A stretch of DNA of 60,954 bases, counting the filler, from Catajapyx aquilonaris (taxonomy: Eukaryota): NCBI GenBank assembly GCA_000934665.2. It is 3 parts of 3 records of this genome, joined end to end, with 100 filler letters (N's around TTAATTAATTAA, not from the genome) between each part and the next. Parts side by side here need not be neighbours in the genome. Positions count along the whole stretch, not along the records: positions 20,344 to 40,574 come from JYFJ02006309.1; positions 40,675 to 60,954 come from KZ539512.1; 1 more part is not named here. One strand, given 5' to 3'. The notes below the pieces were generated by a model. That model worked only from the letters and a program-made list of their open reading frames with translations. It had not been told where the DNA came from and searched no databases. The position numbers and the translations under genes are program-made. The stretch's first letter is position 1, and every line of letters starts with the position of its first letter. Below are positions 37,322-50,340 of this stretch, piece after piece.

Positions 37322-37566
37322 GTACAACTGTATAGAGATTATTGCTTGGTTTAATCAAAATACGTATTAAAACTACTGTAGATTTTTACTTTGTATTCTA
37401 GAAAAATTCTGTTAGAACAGAATTTTTTTAGAATACAAAGTAAAAATCCACAGTGAGTTTTATTACGTATTTTAATCTACAGTAAGTTTTATTACGTATT
37501 TTAATCTACAGTAAGTTTTATTACGTATTTTGATTAAACCAAGCAATAATCTCTATACAGTTGTAC
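37322..37566. repeat. AT-rich palindrome with internal 30-bp tandem expansion
   Basis: gtacaactgtatagagattattgcttggtttaatcaaaatacgta ... tacgtattttgattaaaccaagcaataatctctatacagttgtac. Confidence 0.8.
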
Positions 37567-38417
37567 ATTACAAACTTGTGAATAGCTCATTGTGTTACGA
37601 TGTCTAGGACCATTTTCCGATTATCCGTGTTTTCCGATTATCCGGAAACACGGTCCGTGCAGTCATTAGCCCGGATAATCGGGAATACAGTGTATTTTAG
37701 TAAGTTCACCACATTAAAATACACAGCAAACCTATATGCAGTGAATCTGACCTCGTGTATTAGCCAAAAGAGATAAACCATTAACTTTGATACTGTAGGC
37801 TGTACACATATAATCCCACTTCCTTCATAAACAGCCAGTTTAATCAGCACCCTCCCACTTATTCAGGTCATCATCATGCGCTGTTCAAAACGCACAATAG
37901 GCATATAGTGTGTCCTTAGTGATTTCTTATCACTGCCTTTCAGTGCAAGAGCCCTGGTGAGAATAACATCATTCCTACTCCCAGTACAACAGCACTTGCT
38001 TGCGCCCAACCTGGAACTCTACCACAATGCAATATTAGTCATGCTTGATTACGTACAATGGATATATTCGATGTACAGCACAGCATGTGATATTTGCCCA
38101 ATTATTGCTATGTTTGCTGTGTGAACTAGTTATGTGCTCACTTAATAGATTATAGTAGTTTTGTGTTATCGCGAAGTATAAATATTGTTCCGCACAGGTT
38201 ATAGCAAGCTTATCAAAAAGAAAACGTACGGTAACCCTTTGGATTCAATTTGTCTGATATGTCATATCACGAATAACTTATCATCACCTTTGATTGGATT
38301 GATTGGAATAAGGCCAAGGTTTATTTATAAGGGTTCACTTTTACCATTGTGGGCATTGGAATTTAGTATACGGGGTGTTGGAAATGTTCGTAGTTGTTGA
38401 AGATTTTTTGGCATTAA

Positions 38418-38521
38418 GGGGTGGAATTTGCGTCCCACTGCTAGTAACTGCTAACTTAGCGGTAACCACCCCCCAACTACTAAGTTAGCAGTAACTAGCA
38501 GTGGGACGAAAATTTCACCCA
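38418..38521. mobile_element. ~100-bp hairpin MITE family (other copies at ~37180-37271 and ~49680-49787)
   Basis: gggtggaattt..cgtcccactgctagtaactgctaacttagc ... ctaagttagcagtaactagcagtgggacgaaaatttcaccc. Confidence 0.7.
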
Positions 38522-40508
38522 AGCTTCTTACTTTTGGTTTAGTTACTATTGGTGGTCATCACAAGTGTTAGCTCCTAATTATATGGCAAATTGAATCATT
38601 AATCCCAGCTCGGGATTTCAAAAAAAAAAAAAAAATCGGTTGGAACAATATATTGGAATCAAACATCAATAACTAACAACCTAATATTAGCATCCTACTA
38701 TTTCAGTAACTATTCTAAAATAACTGCTTAATTATAAGAACTCAGGGCCAAAAAATCATCGACCACTAAGGACATTTCAATTGGAATAACCTGTATAGGT
38801 CTATTATCAAATGTTACTTCTTTTACCTTTTTGTTGTAATCTAGATGTCAGAGCTGCTACTTTTCCCCAATATCTGTAACTCACAGCACGACAAACAATG
38901 ACATACTACGTACTATGCACTACGTACTTTACATATTAATTATTCAAAAGTCGGCTAATGAGAACAATTATTTCAAACCGTCTATTAGGCTTACTAATTG
39001 TGAATCGTGTCAGGGATTAGTAGCCTGAATTTTAAATTAATGTAGGCGGGATAATCATACACTATAAACAAAATAATGAGTTTTGAAAGCCAGAGATTTT
39101 CAATGTGGCGTCATCATGTACCGGTAAAGTGACGTGGTCCACTTACCAAAATGACACATTCTACGTGCCATGTCACGTTTTTTTCCAGACCAAAGATTGG
39201 GTTTAGTCTGTCTATCAAGCCAATTAACAGCTCCTCAAAAGTAGCTCATCCCATCGTTACTCTTAAGATAGCAGGAACATATATATTTTTAAAGAAAAAG
39301 GCAGGTAAACTAATGTTATCTGACTGCATAACTATTATAATACATTTCCTCCCGTAACATAAGTTATCTTAATTGATCCGATGGCTCACGACAGTTAGCA
39401 GCAATAGTCGATTGCAACCTCCTAAAACAATCTTGCTAAACATGCAAAAGAGATGAGTTTCTTCAGTCTTATGTAAGACGGAGAAAGAAAAGTCAACAAC
39501 AAGATATGCAATGCAATTATTTGCACAGTACTCTACTTTTCCTTTCTGTCATCGCGCACTACCAATTATTGACGAACCAACATTACTAACCCCAACACCA
39601 ATGTACCAATCGCCCAATAAATGTATTTGGAGCAAATATTGCCATACCTTTTGGGACGACATGTCCAGTTGCGAAGACACGAGGAGTCCTCAGGTTGGTC
39701 GAAGGCCATGGTGATGGGCAATGCACTGAAGGACACCAGAGGATAGCAGTGCTGACCTACCGGCCGCGTGCGTATGACGCCGCGTGTGTACTGATGTATG
39801 GACGATGACGACCTAACTCATTCTCTGCTGGTGTCTCACAAGCCATTCTATTAGCCTCGCTTGGTCTCGCCCGATAAGGAATCATCAGCTCGGGAAGTAC
39901 CCGAGAACCGAGTCTGATAGCCAGCACCGGCCACCACACATTCGGAGTCAAGTTGCACGCCCATGACCGCTGCTGTCAGGGTTCACAGAGTATATCAATT
40001 GTCAGCCGAGTGTTGACCTCACCCGACCAGTCTTTTTGTTCAAAGCCAGTATTTCAGGCTGTAGGTGTATTTTTATAAGCAGTTTTGAGTCTGGCATACA
40101 AAATAAGTTGGGGTAAGTTCTTCACATTTGTCTCAGAAATCCCTGGGTGTCAGATGACGGTACACAGTGTAAGAGATGAATTGTTTTATGTCTCATCATC
40201 ATGACTACAAATTAACATGTTCTCATGCCTCAGGATTATTTTACTGTATTGCCGACGACCTTGCTTTCTATGGTGGGGCGAAATTGTGATTTCAGATATG
40301 TAATAAAATGGTGGTATTCGATATCTTGTTTGCAAGTTTGCTAATTTTCATAATTCTGGCTTATTCAGAAGTGAGTTATAATTACTCGAATTATAAGGAA
40401 AAGGAGGGACAGGCTGATTCCAGTTTGAATGTATCAGACTTGTGACGTTTTACCTTGCCACCAATCAAAGGCAACTGCGGGGCGGTGCATCCTTATGGAC
40501 ACTATTCT

Positions 40509-40510
<2 letters not shown>

Positions 40511-40569
<59 letters not shown>

Positions 40570-40570
40570 C
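40511..40570. repeat. (TC)n(TA)n microsatellite at segment end
   Basis: Directly visible. Confidence 0.9.
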
Positions 40571-40574
40571 AGGG

Positions 40575-40674
40575 NNNNNNNNNNNNNNNNNNNNNNNNNN
40601 NNNNNNNNNNNNNNNNNNTTAATTAATTAANNNNNNNNNNNNNNNNNNNNNNNNNNNNNNNNNNNNNNNNNNNN
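40575..40674. other. Artificial scaffold spacer
   Basis: 44 N + TTAATTAATTAA + 44 N. Confidence 0.95.
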
Positions 40675-41941
40675 CGTCTCTCAGGAAAACTGCTTATACC
40701 CTCGGAATCAGGATTTTTTGCCCGATTTTTAGAATCCAACTTGTATTTTGAGTGGAGTGTCCCTTTAAGAGCAGTACATTGATAATATATGGCTTGAGTA
40801 AGACCTATGGTACAGCTTAAATAAATTGGTGAAGATCTTACGTGCGGCTGCCTTGTATTAAGTAATTTCATTCTGCCACGGAGGTCTTACTACCCTTTTT
40901 TTCACTGAAGGGAATATTTTTGCTCTTACTACATTATAGAGAGACAAAAATCCACTTATTCCTTAGCTGATGATAACCTAGTCGGTGGGCATTGGCTGCA
41001 TGTGTGACGATGCCCAAAGGATGGAAAAATTCATGTGCAGCTAGTGCTCGCCTCATTTTTACATTTTGCAATCAGAAGTGAGTGAGATACTTTTCGTCAG
41101 AGTATTTGTGTTAATAGAAACAATGAAAAACTAACTACATCGTGTCACTGCAGCAGAGGTAGTTCATTTGGATAGAGTAGGGTTGATCGGGGTGCAGAAG
41201 GCGGGAGGGTGAGTAGTGGCTGGGGGCACTGGCTGTGTCTCAAACACGGAGCATGCAGGCTGAAGGATAGGTGTGTATCTGCTGAAGATAGGTCTGTATC
41301 CGCAAGGAAGGAAGGTTAGGCTAAGTTGGTACAGCATATCCATTCCCCTTCCAAAAAATCCTAAAATTCAAAAAATCTATGCTTGCATCCTTATGTTTGT
41401 GACACAGCCATTGCCCCCAGCCACCACTCACCCTCCCACCTTCCACGCCCCGATCAACGCTACTCCTTCCGTTCATTTATCTGTGGAGAGGGTGCAGTAA
41501 CGAAGGCGGGTTTTTATTAAAAGATATATGATAATGAGTTCTGCAAATCTCGGTACCCGTCAGGTATGCCTGCATGGAAAGAAATGTGCATCAGAGATAT
41601 GCACAGATGTGCTTATTTGGGGTTGCTGAATGTTGGTCTTTGTTGTGTCATGCTGTGCTTTGCAATTACAAATGTACACTGCTGCGTACATTCTTACTGC
41701 AAGCCATATTTCTTCACCTTCCTGGAAATTATTTCACTAATTATTTATCGAGTTTTTAAAATGGACACGATGCTCCCTTTATAACGTCCACTGCTTTGAT
41801 GTATCAGGTCAGGCAACCATCTGTCGGATTGCACGCATTGTGTAAGTTCATGAAATAATGGCTGCTGTACAAACCTTAGTACGGCCACAACAGGTCTTTC
41901 ACATGTTACCTTGATGTTACTCATGTTTGAAGATGACATAC

Positions 41942-42211
41942 CCCACTAGTCCTTCCTGAACCTCCTGCCAAAGGGTCATCCTCATCTTCGACCACCCTGG
42001 ACGTGTCCACCACCATCTCCTCCTCCTCCTCCGCTTCCTCCTTCTTGATCTCGAGGAGAGTGTCTTCCATGAGCGTAGTATAATCACTGTCCAACCATGG
42101 TGGTGGTGCTTCCTCCTCCTTCACCCTTAGCCTCCAACTCTCCTCGTCCACTGTGATGTCCTCCTCCTCCTTCACTTCCTCCTCCTTCTTTATCTTCAGG
42201 ATCAAAGACAT
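41942..42211 (-). CDS. Acidic exon (IKKEE/VKEE-rich) typical of the N-terminus of insect C2H2 zinc-finger proteins; rest of gene off the segment end
   Basis: Acceptor tgttgcag just upstream, ATG at 42211, ORF MSLILKIKKEEEVKEEED...EDDPLAGGSGRTSG, donor GTATGT at 41941. A possible 5' UTR exon ends at a GTGAGT donor near 42414. Confidence 0.55.
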
Positions 42212-43455
42212 GGCCCTGCAACACAGAAGTCTCTGAGGTGTGGGCAAAGGGAAGCAAATCAGATGAGTCCATCCCCACCACTATTTCAACTCACCCTTCC
42301 TCCTCGAGAGTGCCAATTGATGCGTGGTCGATAGGGGAAGAGTCCCTCCCACTCAGGGTTCCAACCGAACCGAATCCAGGGACTGTGAGACGGGTTCAAA
42401 CGAGTTCCACTCACCCGAAAGCAAGGTGCCCGAAAGAGAGAGACAGAATCGAAACAGAACAATGTTCAGGCGGCCATCTTTCTTTTTCTTTTTTTAAAAT
42501 GCAAATTAGGGTGCGTTCCTACCCCCACACCAGGGTGGAAAGATGGCCTTATGCGCTATTCGCACCTCACTAGTCGCCGCTACTGGTGACGCTGCTATGC
42601 GCTAATATTTTAGCTCTTCTCAGAATTCCTTACACTTTCTCACTTTTGAAAAAAGAGGTTCCGATGTACTATATTCGGCCATTCGCGCCAACTCTGCCTA
42701 CTGCTCTTAGTAGTTTGCATTATTTTGTACAACTTTTTACGAGCAATTCCGCCCAATACAGGTAACTATATAGCGGCGGAGCCCATTCTTCGCACATGGT
42801 AATCACCAACAAAATCCCCTTTGCCATGTTGGCGACGCACGGATAATAATCTGCAACGCGGATAATCCACACCCAGATAGTCGCAAGTACAGTGTATTTG
42901 CATTAAGGTAAACTGGGTTCATGTGCTGAAGTACCAAATGAATTGGGATATGTCACAGCTCACATATTCCACTTGTAAAATTTGTCCGTAGCTTTATTAG
43001 CTGCATGATGAAGCAAAACACAAAAAGGCACTTTTCTCAAAATGAACTCTGGTTGGAATATGCCGTTCTTCTTCTGAGCGGCCCAATATTGGTACAAAAT
43101 AAAGGTAAAATTACATCGCATTTCAACCAAATTTCACACCCTACTATTCTCTATGGAACCTACTTATATCTGTGCTTGCATTGAAGTATAGGAAAACTCG
43201 CGCAGGGCGACATGCCGTGTTTGCCATGGCCATAACAAAGGTCAGTACTGTTGGGGGTGATCCAAAACCAACACAGCAATACTAAGCAGTTGAGCCCGCG
43301 TGCTACCCAAGCCATTGCCAGATTGGACACACTATGCAAGTGTGGACAGTAGGATAAAGTGCGGGTCTCACTTTTCTAAATAGCAGAAAAATATTTCAGA
43401 GATAAATCCTGTACGAATTCACACCAGTTTTCCAATCATGGGATTACACACTTTT

Positions 43456-44071
43456 TTAAATAGCGCAGCTCAAAGAAAATGGCCTCTCTCGTGTATGAAT
43501 TCGCATGTGCTTTTTCAAATTACCTGGATGATTAAATTTTTTCTGGCACACTTCACAAGAAAACGGTTTTTCTCCTGTATGAATTTGCAAGTGCCTTTTC
43601 AACTTACGTGATTCACGAAACTTTTTCTGACACATCTCACAGGTGAATGGTTTTTCTCCTGTGTGAATTCGCATGTGATCTTTCAAATTATATAAATAAG
43701 GGAATTTTTTATCGCACACATCACAAGAAAACGGGCTTTCTCCTGTATGAAGTCGCTTGTGAGCTTTCAAATTATATAAATAAGGGAATTTTTATCGCAC
43801 ACATCACAAGAAAACGGGCTTTCTCCTGTATGAATTCGCATGTGAGCTTTCAAATTATATAAATAAGGGAATTTTTTATCGCACACATCACAAGGAAACG
43901 GGCTTTCTCCTGTGTGAATTCGCATGTGAGCTTTCAAATTATATAAATAAGAGAATTTTTTATCGCACACATCACAAGAAAACGGGCTTTCTCCTGTATG
44001 AAGTCGCTTGTGAGCTTTCAAATTATATGAATAAGGGAATTTTTTATGGCACACATCACAAGAAAACGGGT
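43456..44071 (-). pseudogene. C2H2 zinc-finger array (7 fingers), 5'-truncated, one frameshift
   Basis: Repeated CxxC...HxxxH with TGE(S/K)PF linkers. A 1-bp loss in an A-run near 43790 splits it into two ORFs, and an in-frame stop lies a few codons upstream of the first finger. Confidence 0.7.
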
Positions 44072-44963
44072 TTCCCCGCGCTCAATCACTATTCCCCCAC
44101 TCCTTACCCGAGCTAACCAAATAAGCTATTGGCAGTGGGCAGTCAGGCAAAGGTGGCCGAAACTGTTGCTTTGTCTGTGCCGAGGGGTAAATCACTCGGA
44201 AGTTGAGCGTACAACGGACTTGACGAGTGATTAACCCCTCGTCGTGTGCCGGCAGCAAGTTAGTGTCGTCGCGTCGGCCGGATTTTACGTCGCGAGTAGG
44301 CCTATACCCATGGCCGGCATGTAACGGGGGGTCCACATGCGATCCCGGATTATCTGGGGAAAGGCTGGTGAGGTCTATCTTCGACTTCTAGCTCCGGTCC
44401 AAACAGGAGCCATGTCACTTCTCCTACTTACACGTATCTACCCCCCGACCAGGCGCAGAGATCCGCCCGGTCGTAAGCAGCTTCGCCACGAAGGTGTATC
44501 CCTTTGCGCTCTTTTGTGAATCCTCCCCCACTGGGAGGACGCAGGGGATGGCGGCAGAGGCATAAGAATCTCACGAGGTTTCTGACCAAAAAGGCAAAGT
44601 GTTACCATTGATAAAAACATGCGAATTGGACTAAAATAAATATCAAATATAAATTAAACTAAAATGTGGCCGCATATCAAAGCTACTGGTTGTTCCCACT
44701 TTAATAGCCATTTATAAACTGCAGTTTTTAATTGTCCAAAACAGACTTACTTTTACCTTTTACAAAGTCGGGTTGAAAAAACTTCCCACTGTTTAATTAG
44801 ACACCTAAATATTTGATTGCCACATAACAAGCTAACCAACTCGTACAAATTATGCATAAGCTATTAATCAACAGTTCAATACCCGGGCCTCTATGATGGT
44901 ATAATACAAACCAGCCTGACACCTTAATCATGAAAACATATGTACGTATTGCATGTGGTTCAC

Positions 44964-45117
44964 CTCGCTCATGACCACGATGGATGTCTCCCCGGTGGCT
45001 GAGGCTACCCTCTTCTCTATGAGGTAACACATATACTCGTCGTTCAGAAGGCGGACCAAGTGGAAGGACCCGAAGGTTGCAGCGCCGCGCAGGCTCAAGT
45101 CCTTTATGGCCATAGAG
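44964..45117 (-). CDS. RFX: Isolated exon of an RFX-family transcription factor (C-terminal dimerisation region), diverged; gene or pseudogene fragment
   Basis: cag|...SMAIKDLSLRGAATFGSFHLVRLLNDEYMCYLIEKRVASATGETSIVVMSE|gtgaac resembles the RFX1-3 segment [33 protein letters not shown].VA...GETPIAVMGE. Confidence 0.75.
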
Positions 45118-45164
45118 CTGTTGAATAAAGAGATGAGAAGCAAATTGCAGTTAATCTCCCCATC

Positions 45165-45810
45165 GTGCATTAACAGAACTGGTCATATTGACCCCTTGAC
45201 CTTCATTTTTGGCTGTACAGGTCAATTTTGCAAATCCCCCAGTTTCCCATCGATTTTGATCAAAAATGTTGGGTAAGCGGGTCACCCCAATGGGCGCAAA
45301 ACGTGCATAAAAAGAACTGGCCATATTGACCCCTTGACCTTCATTTTTGGCTGTACAGGTCAATTTTGCAAATCCCCCAGTTTCCCATCGATTTTGATCA
45401 AAAATGTTGGGTAGGTGGGCCACCCCAATGGGTGCAAAACGTGCATAAAAGAACTGGTCATATTGACCCCTTGACCTTCATTTTAGGTTGTACAGTTCAA
45501 TTTTGCAAATCCCCCAGTTTCCCATCGATTTTGATCAAAAATGTTGGGTAGGTGGGTCACCCCAATGGGCGCAAAACGTGCATAAAAAGAACTGGTCATG
45601 TTGACCCCTTGACCTTCATTTTTGGCTGTACAGGTCAATTTTGCAAATCCCCCAGTTTCCCATCGATTTTGATCAAAAATGTTGGGTAGGTGGGCCACCA
45701 AAATGTATGAAAACCGTACCAAGGGTACATAGACCCCTTGAGCTTTATTTTAGAGGGCACACGTCAAGTTAGAAAATCCCGTAGTTTCCAACCCATATTC
45801 TTAAAAGGAT
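45165..45810. repeat. Tandem repeat, 138-bp unit, ~4 near-identical copies plus a diverged fifth
   Basis: agaactgg recurs at 45175, 45313, 45450 and 45588; related diverged units at ~50515-50740. Confidence 0.9.
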
Positions 45811-47389
45811 GTTACCAACGGGCAATGAGGGTAGTATCCTCACAGGATACGGATACGGATACGGTCTACGGATACGGTATGTGTTGCCAGATGAATGCAT
45901 GCGTATCTAAGTGGTAGGATATAAAATGGCTGCCTCCATGGCCATACTCGTGGCCATACCACACAGCAATTGTGTATGACGAAAATGCGCCTCACTTGAT
46001 TGGTGTGCTGCTATTTACTCACAAATACATGCCTCATTTATGCACTACAACCAAGCCTACACTCGATGTTATGAACTGATGCAGCTAAAGTACTGAGTAA
46101 GGTTGGCACATAATTTGCCGATCATTAGTAGGCCTAAATGTATTGTATAAAGTAATAAACTATAATGCATAGTAGCACAGTATTACATTAATTCCAAAGG
46201 TGTCACATCCATAATATTATGGTCTACTGAGACACATCCTGTTGGCGTCAACGATTATGGGGATAGTTGTACAGTATGTAGAACCCCGATTATCTGACTC
46301 TTCGGTTCATCCGACCTTCCTGCTCCGGCAATAAATCTGCTTTTTTCATGAAATACACTATTAAATGTTCATCTGCGCATTCGTTTGTTCCACCGTAGTT
46401 AAATTGTAAATACAGTACAATAGAGTGTGTATAAAAGATAAATACTTCACTATTTGTTATAAAATCATATTTATTGTACATTATTTCATCTTTTTATATG
46501 GTTTTGGTTGTGTTTTATAAATCCGACGATGTCCCATGGGTGTCGGATAATCAGTGTTCGACTGTACTAAGAAGTCATAACTTAGAGGTAACTGTAAAAC
46601 TATAACCAGTTATTCTGGAGAAGTTTCAATTACTTGGCATATGTAGCATTCTGCTGCAGATTCAAGCTTCTAGTATGCAGCATACGTATACCACTCTGTC
46701 ACTTGACTCACACCTACCTATAACAGTGTGCACTACATCGCATGCTGCAGGTCATGTCCTAAACAAAAGAAACTGATTGAGATTCGTCCATGGATCCAGG
46801 TGTTTGTCCTGCTTGGTCATCTGAAATACTGGAGCTTGCATAATAATAGGCGCAGCCAATCTAAGAACTCAGTTAATAATCCATATTGGCTATGAATTGG
46901 CCATTACCGTCCATAATGAACTTCTGCATGATGACAATATTGGGTCTTCTGAAACACCAATGCTTGATAATATATTGTAACGAAGGGAAGTAAATAAGGA
47001 AAGAAGTATGATCATTAAGATATTTATCTCTCTATTTAGGTACTAGGTACATTACCAATGTTAACAATGAGTTTTTACAAGTGGATGGAAACAGGAGAAC
47101 CCCTAGAAAACCCACGCAAGCTCCATGGAGAACCCACTGCAACTCTGTCCACATAAAGACCTTTGTCTGATCCACGATTCAAACTTGGGACCTTAGAGAT
47201 GTTAGGCACCCCTAGCCCAGCCGTGCTGCCCAATAAGAAATTGCACACGGACCTGCGGGAAGGTGTTCATCCAAGGGGTAAATCACTCGTCAAGTCCATT
47301 GTACGGTATAAGGCACCAAGTCCTACAAGTCCGGGCCCAAGTCCGGTTTTTTACAAGTTCTAATTTTTACAAGATAGTCCATTGTACGC

Positions 47390-48322
47390 TCAACTGCCAA
47401 GTGATTTATCCCTTGTGTTCACCACATAATCCACAATAAGGCCTGACCGCTGACCCTCTTCTTTTTGGCCAGCCTGCCTGGTTGAGGTATAGTGGTGGTG
47501 GAAGGGATTCTGACTACAAACAGACACAGCAACTGGACCCAGCCAATCATTGTTGTCCACAAGTCTAAAAGGTAGATTAGCAGCAGTAGCGGTTACTTCT
47601 GTCACTGGGTGAATGCTACTTACCCACTTGAAGACCACCCCTTCTTGGCCGTTCATGAGTCCAATGTTGCAGATGTTATTGCTGATGGTAAACTGGGACA
47701 GCCCAGACTATGTGGCCAGTTCTTCTTGGGTTAAAAGCCATGCACAGCCTCAGAGCAGAACGTGCTGGTGAATTAACTGCCTGACCATGAAGGCATGAGA
47801 GGTCAGTCTCAAATTGGTCCTTGGAGAGACCTGTCAAGGTCAGGTAGTCTTTTTCAGTTTGGCTGTCAGCGTCAAAGTTGAGGTGGGTTGTGGATGGGAA
47901 TTTCTTCGTGTTGGAGTATTCAGGGAGTCCCCTCCGCAGCCCATCCGCAATACTGTTGTGGCATCCTCCAGAGATAAACAAGTGTCATCACCACCAAAAA
48001 GCACTTGTCCAAAAGTTTGATCATCCAGGAAGACACCACTAGACAAATGTAGGCTGCAGAGGAGGCTCTCTTCTCGCAACCACAATTTGGCACTGCAATA
48101 TTTATCAATCTGTGCACTGTCAGGAAGCATGGTGAATGTTCCCCCAGGCATATGTGGAGCTTGGCAAATGACACGTGCATTGTCGCTGCCTCTGGCCTGC
48201 CAAATACTAGGCAGTTGGATTGTACATGCAAGATGTGAAGCAAAGAAAGAAAGGAAATGAAGCATGCAATAAGCAAGGGCTGAAGATGCAGGAAACCTCA
48301 GTAAGTGATTCAACAAGGACAC
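47390..48322 (-). mobile_element. Degenerate Harbinger/ISL2EU-type transposase remnant
   Basis: Frameshifted fragments LNFDAD..TEKDYLTLTGLSKDQF...RSALRL and HH..T...LIVD resemble HTH_Tnp_4/DDE_Tnp_4 transposases. Confidence 0.5.
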
Positions 48323-49979
48323 ATAAAAGGATAATGAAGTATACTAGTTAATACTAGTATCAACGAATTTCTGTAATGGTTAAGCTTTACTCCCAGATCA
48401 CAAACTTGCATTACAATTTTAAAAACCATTTCACACAGTGATATCCACATTATTCAAAGGCAGAATTGGGAAATTGTTCTAATCTGCATTATGAGATCTT
48501 CGTTCAAAAATGGATTGCAGTGACCGGATGGAAATATGATATGCCACACATTGCATGAAAGTAAGAATGCTTAAGAGCAGCACTACACAACATGCGGAGA
48601 AGGAAGTTTCTAGCAAGAAAGATGGCACTTTCACTAACAGCTGGTGGGTGTTATCGTTGGGCACACATCAAAAAATCTTTTTCCATGATCTTGGACTAAT
48701 CAAGCTTGCATTATACAAAGTGTTAATGAAATAAGTGTGCATCTGTTGAAGATTGATATAGTGGTTCTTAAGATATTTTTTTTGCCAATGCACCATTTAG
48801 TCATAAAATGAGGATTTGTCATGCATCATACAAACGCGTCATGTCCTTATAACCATATTAATACCATGGTTACAACATTACTGCAACAATGAACTCTTTT
48901 GTTATGTGTCATGCAAACATGTCGTACCCATAGTAATGCCGTAGTAACCACCACATAAACCATGGTGACCAATAGTTAGATGTGTGTGTATGATGCATCA
49001 CAAAATAGTTAAATGTTGTAATATGTGGTTCCATGGTATTACTATGGTTACTAAAGATTTTCTTACTTCACTGTGCATCTGCGGTACCAAGTGAAATGGC
49101 AAAAAAAAATGCTTATTTTGAATCAAGCTGTCATTCTTCAAAAAAATGTGCACTTATTTGCCACTGTGTACTGTGATTGCCACAAGAATAGGAACATTAG
49201 CATGGAGTAAATATGTTATGTGCTTTTCCTACTGTTCCTTGAATGTGTGAATACAAACCATTCTGGACTCCTGCTGCTTGTGGTTGAGCATCTGCAGGAG
49301 GGCCAACATGCAAGACACCAAACGTCATGCAGTCCACCATCAGCCACACCCTGGGAGAGTCAGCACTGTCTTATTGGGCCAGTGGCATCATGTTGGCCGT
49401 GTTGAACAGCAACTAGAAGAGTAAACTATTATTGAAGAAAACACATTGACACTTCTGACGGCACGACACAGTTACTGCCAAACGGTAGCTGACCTTTTAT
49501 CATGCGGTGGTTGCATGCACTGTACACTCCTCTTCGCAACGTCCTCTTGGCCTTCCACTTGGCACACTGCCTACACTTTCCATCCCTATTCCGCATCATA
49601 CCTTAAAATGATTCAAGGAGCAAGGTATTTAACATTTCTGAAAGTTTCTTGTTGTGCGTGTGTGTATGCTGTGAATGGAAGGAATTTTCGTCCCACGGCT
49701 AGTTACTGCTAATTTAGCAGTTCCAGTGTTGGCAAGGATACTGCTAATAAGCTTTCATGAACTGGCAGTGGGGTGAAAATTCGACCCAATGTACTTACTG
49801 CTGACAGTGAGAGAAGCAGAAGCAGCACCTACTCTTCCTGACCGACAGCTGATCTCATAAGATTCAAGTTTCAAGGCTCTCGCGCTGTTGCCGCTGTTCA
49901 CGTATCTGCCTGAATACAGGTTTGGTCTGCGGACGCGACGAAGACCATGCGCCATCTTGAATCCACATTAGCGCACGTG

Positions 49980-50340
49980 TCTGTATTTCGCATGACGGGG
50001 AATCGCCAGGCATTTCTCCCACGCGATAATTCTTACAACATTTTTACGGTATAAAAACCACATGAATTGTCGTTTGCGAGACACTGCATTATGATATGAT
50101 ACACCACGTGCTCACCAACCACTGTCCGTCACCACCATGTGCTTACCAACCACTGTCACCACCATGTGGAAACAATTGACGACCGATACTGCGGCAAGCG
50201 AAAAGGCCAAGGAAAAGGAAAGTTGGTTGACACGACAATTCATGTGGTTTTTACTTGGTTTTTACACCGTAAAAATGTAGTAAGAATTTTAGTGCGAGCA
50301 ATACCACCATATATGACGTCTCCAACATGCGAAATACAAA
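49980..50340. mobile_element. Diverged MITE-like inverted repeat
   Basis: tgtatttcgcatg...aaaaaccacatgaattgtcgt versus acgacaattcatgtggtttt...catgcgaaataca. Confidence 0.6.

Noticed and set aside
44310..44360. ggccggcatg, matching the start of the HDV ribozyme
   Set aside because: Only 10 nt match; I could not build the nested double pseudoknot.
43456..45117. RFX-zinc finger fusion by splicing
   Set aside because: An in-frame stop just before the first finger and no usable acceptor in the right phase.
45151..45722. ORFs with repeated HLPNIFDQNRWETGGFAKL peptide; possible CRISPR-like array
   Set aside because: Translation of a 138-bp tandem repeat; there are no unique spacers and one unit is 137 bp, breaking the frame.
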